A stretch of 51,156 nucleotides of DNA, from sequence record MK095606.1. One strand, written 5' to 3'. Source of the stretch: Pantoea phage vB_PagS_AAS23. The translations under genes and the position numbers were made by a program. The notes beneath the pieces are model-generated. The model was not told the origin of the DNA, did not search any database, and was given only the letters and a program-made list of their open reading frames with translations. Of the stretch, positions 45,771 to 51,156 are shown in pieces; the stretch's first letter is position 1; each line of letters opens with the position of its first letter.

Positions 45771-46100
45771 ATGTCAAAACGTAAAGCTGTTGTTCTCCTG
45801 CTGGGTCCGAGTGTTTACAACGACGCTACTTTAAAGGCGATTCCATACCCAATTCTTGTTGAGGCTGAAATTTGCAGCGTTCTTACTAACCACGCCTCAG
45901 TAACAGAATCGGCTGTTAAAAAGATTCTGGGCCTTGATTGCTGGACCGGTTATCTTACCTGGTTCAACCCACTGTTTGGTCTTGATGATTGTGAAAAATC
46001 ATGGGAGGAAGTTGATGTAAATCCTTTCGAGAAATGGAACCTGCTCAAAAGCTCGAGAGATGTTGGCGCAATGCCACCTGCTATCAACGTAATCCGATAA
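45771..46100 (+). CDS. hypothetical protein
   Basis: ORF downstream of module. Confidence 0.6.
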   Translation: MSKRKAVVLLLGPSVYNDATLKAIPYPILVEAEICSVLTNHASVTESAVKKILGLDCWTGYLTWFNPLFGLDDCEKSWEEVDVNPFEKWNLLKSSRDVGAMPPAINVIR

Positions 46101-46176
46101 GGTGATAAATCACCAAGGCAAAAAACAAGCCGCTTAGAATAGATTCTAGGTGGCTTAAATCAAGCGAGAAAACGTA

Positions 46177-46482
46177 ATGAAATTGAAATGCACCAAGTCC
46201 AACAGTGATTTCTTTGTTCCGGGGGCGATTTACAACGCCCAGAAAGGAAAATGCAGCAAAGCAAGCTTTATTCGTGGCAAGGGCGATTACATCTTTGTGC
46301 TGAGAAAAGTGGCTGCTGGTTATCGTTGTGGTGGAATGCTTTGCGATCCAGAGGCAACATTCAAAGTGGTCAAGCCTGAGCTTTCGCCACAAGAGAAAAA
46401 GAAACGCCGTGATATGTGGATCGAGATCTGCATTCTGTCAGTCTGTTCAATCGTGCTGTTAATCGCTGGAGTGATGAAATGA
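46177..46482 (+). CDS. small 'KLKC' family protein with C-terminal TM
   Basis: 'MKLKCTKSNSDFFVPGAIYNAQ...' and 'EICILSVCSIVLLIAGVM'. Confidence 0.65.
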   Translation: MKLKCTKSNSDFFVPGAIYNAQKGKCSKASFIRGKGDYIFVLRKVAAGYRCGGMLCDPEATFKVVKPELSPQEKKKRRDMWIEICILSVCSIVLLIAGVMK

Positions 46483-46913
46483 AAAAGTTAAAGCTGCGCT
46501 GCATCTGCACGCCAAATGATCTGGACCTGGTTAAGATCCTTGCAGAACGAGTAAACGAATGCTATCACGTTGGAGGCACTTATTTTGCGGAGCCTCGCGA
46601 TAAGCTGACTCAGCTCCAGTTGGATTCCGGATGGATTGCTGCATGGGATCTTGTACATTTTGAGCTTCCATTCAGTATCAGCAAAAAGCCGGACGCCAAC
46701 AACCGGAAAGGGCAGTCTTACTATATGGTCCCCGGCGTTCATGGTCTGGTTTTCACAGATAAGATGCACAATCTTGAAGTGCGCGACACGCGGCGAAATA
46801 GCGATTGGGATAAGCTTCAGGATAAGCGAGTAGTGCGCCGGATGTATCGGCAGATGGCAAAGAACTTCGCCGGAGCTACAGATCTTCAATCAGCCCGAAA
46901 CCATAAGCGTTAA
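46479..46913 (+). CDS. 'KLRC' family hypothetical protein
   Basis: start reset to MKKLKLRCICTP, ATGA overlap. Confidence 0.65.
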   Translation: MKKLKLRCICTPNDLDLVKILAERVNECYHVGGTYFAEPRDKLTQLQLDSGWIAAWDLVHFELPFSISKKPDANNRKGQSYYMVPGVHGLVFTDKMHNLEVRDTRRNSDWDKLQDKRVVRRMYRQMAKNFAGATDLQSARNHKR

Positions 46914-46917
46914 TAAA

Positions 46918-46940
46918 AAAGCCTCCATAGCGGAGGCTTT
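46918..46940. terminator. bidirectional terminator between convergent genes
   Basis: AAAGCCTCC-ATAGC-GGAGGCTTT; T tract on minus strand. Confidence 0.85.
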
Positions 46941-46945
46941 GTTGT

Positions 46946-47191
46946 TTATGGTGCGGTGCCAGAGTAAACCATTTCCGCTGAACCCCTCGCCCAGGCGCTT
47001 GCCTTGTCGGAGATCGGGCCGATAATCTGACCTTCGCTGAAAGTGAAGTGTGCCACGTCAAAGTTTTCGGGGGCAGAGTCACCGATGTAGACGAGGGCGA
47101 AACCATCCTTTGCCTGAGCGGTAACAATCTCAGTAGCGTTAGCGAATCGGAACCACTCGCGCGGCTTCAGTCGTTCTTTAAGTGTTGCCAT
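46946..47191 (-). CDS. hypothetical protein
   Basis: ORF directly downstream of 47194..48069. Confidence 0.6.
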   Translation of the reverse strand: MATLKERLKPREWFRFANATEIVTAQAKDGFALVYIGDSAPENFDVAHFTFSEGQIIGPISDKASAWARGSAEMVYSGTAP

Positions 47192-47193
47192 TT

Positions 47194-48069
47194 TTATTGC
47201 TCCAGTAAAATTTTAGTGATGAATCGAGTTGACCAATCAGAAGTAGTAACCGGGATTGTAATTCGTCCAGCTTCTGCCTGCAACTTAACGCTGCTGCCGT
47301 TGCTGAAAGTAACAGTGGCAGACGACGCCAGCGGCTCCTCAATATAGGCTGACATTGCCGATCTCGAACCGGTAACGCCAACACCATTGATAATTGGTGA
47401 GGTGCGGTTTGCTCCTGGCTCAACCTGGGCCAATGCCGTGTCAACCGATGTTGCAGATCGCTTGCGATAGCAGCTCGCCACAACCGGACCGGCTGGCAAA
47501 ACTTTGGTCCTGCCGTACAGGTATAGCGATGTACCCTGGCGCGCCGCGTACCAGCGAAGAGCTGAAGCTGTAGGCAGTGAGCCTTTTAGAATCACAGATT
47601 GCCATGGCCCAGAGTCGCCCGGATCAAACTGCTGCTGAATCCACGCCGAAACCTCAGAGTAAAGCGCAATAAAAATTGATCCGGGGTTTGACATCGCCGC
47701 CTTGACCCCAATGGATGAGTCGGAAACGGTAACGGTAGTTCCGCCAGAGTAAACCCAATCCTCTGTAGTGCCGAGAGAAGCGATGCTTTCAAAGTTAGTT
47801 GATGGCTGATAGTTCGTAGACGCCCGTTCTGGCTCGTGTCGCCCGACAGCAGATCCCGCGATGTATTGCAAAGGCCATTCATTTGCTGCAGACTGCTTGA
47901 TTGTTCCGTCTTGCGATAGGTAGCTGTGAGCTGGTCCAGAAAACCTCACTCTCGGATCGAGAGAAGCAGCCAAAAAGCTGATCTCGGGATTCTGAATGAC
48001 CGTTCCAGAGTTACCGGCGCGAGCGCCAAACATCATCGGCATAAGAATGCCAAATCTTGAATTTCTCAT
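47194..48069 (-). CDS. possible virion/receptor-binding-type protein
   Basis: Beta-rich Ser/Thr/Gly sequence; isolated minus-strand unit; no firm family match. Confidence 0.35.
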   Translation of the reverse strand: MRNSRFGILMPMMFGARAGNSGTVIQNPEISFLAASLDPRVRFSGPAHSYLSQDGTIKQSAANEWPLQYIAGSAVGRHEPERASTNYQPSTNFESIASLGTTEDWVYSGGTTVTVSDSSIGVKAAMSNPGSIFIALYSEVSAWIQQQFDPGDSGPWQSVILKGSLPTASALRWYAARQGTSLYLYGRTKVLPAGPVVASCYRKRSATSVDTALAQVEPGANRTSPIINGVGVTGSRSAMSAYIEEPLASSATVTFSNGSSVKLQAEAGRITIPVTTSDWSTRFITKILLEQ

Positions 48070-48098
48070 GGTTTTATCTCCGTTAAAATGAGTTGCGA

Positions 48099-48145
48099 TT
48101 ATAGCACGAATTGCTAAAACTCATATCCTGAAACCAACCATAATA
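48099..48145. promoter_or_regulatory. divergent operator region
   Basis: plus: TAGCACGAATTGCTAAAA...CATAAT; minus: TTTAGCAATTCGTGCTATAAT. Confidence 0.65.
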
Positions 48146-48179
48146 GCCACATCGACAACAACCACTGAAGGAATAACAA

Positions 48180-48779
48180 ATGAAAACTTTCATCCCCAAA
48201 GGCGATAAATTCATTATCACCTCTGCCAGCTTTATTGCGCCGCAATCAGTTGATGGTTTTACCGCTAACAAACGTTACCAGCTTTATAATGTTAGTTATG
48301 GTGATATTCGCTACGGATTCTCACATTCAATAAACAAAGACCTGCCGATCTATGGTCTTGCCACTAACGATGATGGGGTTGAGTTCCTGGTGGGTAACGT
48401 TGGTCTGAGATCACACGTTGGGCGCAGACTTTTTAGTGAGCTGGTTGTTTTCAACATCGAATCATCATACGACAACCACGCCGCACAGAAGAAAGCACTG
48501 CGTCACCGCCACATGCTTATTCGTGCATTCGTTAAGCTGGGCCATAGCTACGGATGGTGCGACAGCAAGATCAAACGCACATGTTTCAACATCAACCGCA
48601 AGCGCGGCAACAAGTATGAGACGCACACACTTAAAGAGTGGGCGCGCCAGATGGCTGCGCCGTACTTCAATGATGACGGCTATTTGGCAAAGGTTGATTA
48701 CATGATCGACGAGCAAGATCACGAAATCGATCAAGAGTTCTTTGATGCAATGGCAGAAGAAGATTTAAGCAACTGGTAA
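48180..48779 (+). CDS. hypothetical protein
   Basis: ORF after module. Confidence 0.6.
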   Translation: MKTFIPKGDKFIITSASFIAPQSVDGFTANKRYQLYNVSYGDIRYGFSHSINKDLPIYGLATNDDGVEFLVGNVGLRSHVGRRLFSELVVFNIESSYDNHAAQKKALRHRHMLIRAFVKLGHSYGWCDSKIKRTCFNINRKRGNKYETHTLKEWARQMAAPYFNDDGYLAKVDYMIDEQDHEIDQEFFDAMAEEDLSNW

Positions 48780-48820
48780 GCACGAATTGTTAAATGCCGG
48801 TCTGCAAGATCGGCTATTAT
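48779..48820 (+). promoter_or_regulatory. punctuation module
   Basis: AGCACGAATTGTTAAATGCCGGTCTGCAAGATCGGCTATTAT. Confidence 0.75.
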
Positions 48821-48850
48821 AAACACTCAAAAAACGAACGGGAATAAATC

Positions 48851-49648
48851 ATGAACACCAAAAACCTCAAAGTTAAATGCCTTAAAGATTTCTCTGAATT
48901 TGGTTTTACTGAAGGTAAGCTTTACTCCGTTGAATCAGCAAAAAAAATGCTCGGTAGTGATCATTGCATTCAAGTGACTATGGAGACAAATGACGCAAGA
49001 CAGCATGGTGTATGTTGGATGAAGGAAAGTATGCGATCAGGTGACTTATCTTTATCAGAAAGATTCGAGCTGGTTGTTGAAGAAGATGTAACGGCTAATT
49101 CTGATGACATCGGCGACGCCATTCAATATTCCATTGATTGCGCAGCTCGGGCTGGCGGACCAATTTTTGCAGCAATGAAGCGCGGCGGTTACTTTGGTAA
49201 AGGCTTTTTGCCTCGCTGTGTGCTGACTGACCTTGTTACGCTGATTAGCAAGCCAAACCCGGATGAGGGTGAGGTTTACGGCGCGGGCTTTGAAATTGGC
49301 TTTGGTGAGGTTAAAATCCAACCAGAAAACGGACTAATCAGACAGCAAAATGATGATGGCACGGTTAGTTACTTCTCTGATCTTGTTCACAGATCACCAT
49401 TAAGTGAGCGCAGTGATCAAGTAACTAATCGTCAAGTTCTTGAGGAGTTGCGTAACGTCCTGCGCTGCCCTGATGGTGCAAATATCGTTATCTGGGCTGA
49501 AATCCTTGCTGCTGGCTACTTCGGTGAAAAGCATCGCAAAGGCGGGGCCATTGAAGACGCGATCCACTACAAGAAAAACGGCGCATACAGCGACGAAACG
49601 CTGGCGAAGATTCTCGCGGCAATCGTGAACGATGGCACGAATTGCTAA
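48851..49648 (+). CDS. hypothetical protein with N-terminal 'KVKC' SH3-like region
   Basis: 'NLKVKCLKDFSEFGFTEGKLYSVESAKK'. Confidence 0.65.
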   Translation: MNTKNLKVKCLKDFSEFGFTEGKLYSVESAKKMLGSDHCIQVTMETNDARQHGVCWMKESMRSGDLSLSERFELVVEEDVTANSDDIGDAIQYSIDCAARAGGPIFAAMKRGGYFGKGFLPRCVLTDLVTLISKPNPDEGEVYGAGFEIGFGEVKIQPENGLIRQQNDDGTVSYFSDLVHRSPLSERSDQVTNRQVLEELRNVLRCPDGANIVIWAEILAAGYFGEKHRKGGAIEDAIHYKKNGAYSDETLAKILAAIVNDGTNC

Positions 49649-49675
49649 AACTCCCGGTCGGGGTTGCGATATAGT
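49635..49675 (+). promoter_or_regulatory. punctuation module
   Basis: GCACGAATTGCTAAAA...TATAGT; contains the upstream TAA. Confidence 0.65.
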
Positions 49676-49706
49676 AACCCCACTGAAACGCAACGGAGAT
49701 AAGCAA

Positions 49707-49919
49707 ATGTCAAAAGTTAAAATCAAAATCCTGTTAACTGATCGCGTGGGTGATCTGCAGACTGAAGATCTGGCAGATTGTGGTTTCAATGCCGGTGATG
49801 TTGTATTTGCCCACCTGCACGAAGACGGCTCAGCAGAGGTTGAGTATTGCGATTTTTACCGCGCAACATGGGGTGAGGGTTTCATTCATCTTGACGCGGA
49901 AGAGTTTGAGGTGATTTAG
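49707..49919 (+). CDS. small 'KIKI' SH3-like candidate
   Basis: start reset to MSKVKIKILLTD. Confidence 0.6.
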   Translation: MSKVKIKILLTDRVGDLQTEDLADCGFNAGDVVFAHLHEDGSAEVEYCDFYRATWGEGFIHLDAEEFEVI

Positions 49920-50071
49920 TGATCAAGTATATTCATTACTTCATGGTGGCTTCAGGCCACCGTTACCGCGAGATCAAGCACGTTTACACGGATGAAGATG
50001 AAGCCATGATGGCCCTTCGTCTTTGTGGTGGTCGCGTTGAGGTTGTATCGGTTATTGGGGAGTTCAGATAA
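49919..50071 (+). CDS. 50-aa protein (not in ORF track)
   Basis: GTG overlapping upstream TAG; MIKYIHYFMVASGHRYREIKHVYTDEDEAMMALRLCGGRVEVVSVIGEFR. Confidence 0.5.
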   Translation: MIKYIHYFMVASGHRYREIKHVYTDEDEAMMALRLCGGRVEVVSVIGEFR

Positions 50072-50074
50072 GCC

Positions 50075-50188
50075 ATGTACTCTGAGTGGTGCTTTCGAAA
50101 AATGCTTGAGGCTCAGGCCAAAGGCGACATTAAATCAGTGGCTGATTACTGGCAGTTGGCCCAGGAATGGAATAGTAAGGGGTTTTGA
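50075..50188 (+). CDS. 37-aa protein (not in ORF track)
   Basis: MYSEWCFRKMLEAQAKGDIKSVADYWQLAQEWNSKGF. Confidence 0.4.
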   Translation: MYSEWCFRKMLEAQAKGDIKSVADYWQLAQEWNSKGF

Positions 50189-50190
50189 TT

Positions 50191-50445
50191 ATGTTTGGAC
50201 TAAGTGAGCCTCATTACAACATCTGCAAGCAGGCTGCGCGCCGCTGTAGTGACGAGCTTGAAAAGGCAATACGTGAGAGTGGCAAGACTGCACGAGCGCG
50301 AGCTAAGGCTTACAGTGAGCTTGCTGGTCCATGCATTGACAAACACCATAAGCAAGTTTCTACGTTGATGCCGCGCCTTACTTTCGCCTGGTTAATCGGG
50401 CATCTTAATGATCGATTTGGTCATGATGATGGCGAGTATGAATAA
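50191..50445 (+). CDS. hypothetical protein
   Basis: ORF; start reset to MFGLSEPH. Confidence 0.55.
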   Translation: MFGLSEPHYNICKQAARRCSDELEKAIRESGKTARARAKAYSELAGPCIDKHHKQVSTLMPRLTFAWLIGHLNDRFGHDDGEYE

Positions 50446-50652
50446 TAACCAATCAGTGCGCATGGCTTAATTAAACCTTGCGCTGTCATCAACCATGAAA
50501 TAATATTCAAGTCGTCGGGCGGCGATGGAAAACTAAGTTAACCATGACCGACAAACCCGAAAGCGGCGCATGAAGTCGCGACAAGGCCCACAAATCGGAG
50601 GATTGTGAAACCTCGCCGGATTCCGTAACCGGCACCAATTAAGGATCGAAAA

Positions 50653-50838
50653 GTGAAAACCTTTGACATCAAAGTTACAGTTAGAAAGATGGGGCGTAAA
50701 TGCGCCAACTGCATTCAGCGGGCAAACGGCAAGTACAAGGCGGAAAATGCTGAGGCTGCAATTGCCATGATGAAGCAGAAATTAAATGTGGACCTGGATA
50801 CACATCAGGTTTCAATCGATCTTATTCGCGAGGTGTAA
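50653..50838 (+). CDS. hypothetical small protein
   Basis: GTG start; 61 aa. Confidence 0.5.
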   Translation: MKTFDIKVTVRKMGRKCANCIQRANGKYKAENAEAAIAMMKQKLNVDLDTHQVSIDLIREV

Positions 50839-50839
50839 A

Positions 50840-51094
50840 ATGCATGCTCTTCTGCTCATTCTCTTATCATTACTTTGTTTGGTCGCTGGCGTATTTGTCG
50901 GCATTGTTTTGTTCGCGGTTAAGCTGCATATTGACGCCAAAAAAGGAAAGGCAGTCTTCGCCTTCCGCCACTGGAAAAAAGATCAGTGGGTAGTAATTGG
51001 CAACCTGCTTTCAATCTCAGCTAACGTAACTGAACGATTGCGAAAGTCAGACCCCAAAGAGCCATGCGACTCAGTTCACTATGTCTCATTATAA
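50840..51094 (+). CDS. small membrane protein
   Basis: 'MHALLLILLSLLCLVAGVFVGIVLFAV'. Confidence 0.6.
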   Translation: MHALLLILLSLLCLVAGVFVGIVLFAVKLHIDAKKGKAVFAFRHWKKDQWVVIGNLLSISANVTERLRKSDPKEPCDSVHYVSL

Positions 51095-51096
51095 AT

Positions 51097-51120
51097 AAAC
51101 CCGCTTCGGCGGGTTTTTTT
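51097..51120 (+). terminator. rho-independent terminator
   Basis: AAACCCGC-TTCG-GCGGGTTT-TTTT. Confidence 0.9.
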
Positions 51121-51156
51121 ACGCCTGTACTTTGCTATAATCCAAATCCATCGTAA

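Noticed and set aside
46084-46889. Minus-strand ORFs 46084..46392 and 46488..46889
   Set aside because: They overlap supported plus-strand genes with good SDs and 4-nt overlaps; no protein motif seen.
50540-50640. tRNA gene ending in ...GGCACCA
   Set aside because: No acceptable cloverleaf, no TTCRANY T-loop or proper anticodon arm found by eye; kept only as a structured-region candidate.

Overview
The window looks like a complete or near-complete genome of a tailed, lambda-tail-type siphovirus. It starts at the terS ATG and ends just after the last right-arm gene. No integrase or CRISPR array was seen. Left arm (+, 1-22.2 kb): terminase, DUF1073-like portal, MuF, DUF2213-like protease/scaffold, DUF2184-like major capsid, connectors, tail tube, tail chaperones with a probable A_AAA_AAC -1 frameshift, tape measure, gpM/L/K/I/J-like tail tip, and an S74-type fibre. 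Middle: SSB, ERF and a RecE/Cas4-like nuclease (-); a zinc-finger primase and HTH regulator (-); helicase, VRR-NUC, Dam, phosphoesterase and nucleotide metabolism genes (+); a holin/SAR-endolysin/u-spanin-like lysis cassette (+); and a DUF3987-like helicase plus Dcm-like methylase block (-). Right arm (40.4-51.1 kb): many tiny accessory genes. The most interesting signal is an intergenic punctuation module repeated about 15 times on both strands: (T)AGCAC(T/G)wwTTGyTAAAA, about 22 bp, then TATTAT. It usually supplies the upstream gene's stop codon, and it often contains a dyad whose arms differ in sequence but pair. Its centre near -42 fits class II activation. The same palindrome lies over the core promoter of the capsid gene and of a minus-strand gene pair, which suggests a genome-wide early/late switch. 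Two other signals stand out: a 15-bp iteron-like array (39632-39751) next to an AT-rich region, and a TTTTGCGGTAGAT repeat family shared by two noncoding regions 15 kb apart. All family names are from protein motif recognition by eye, with no database search.
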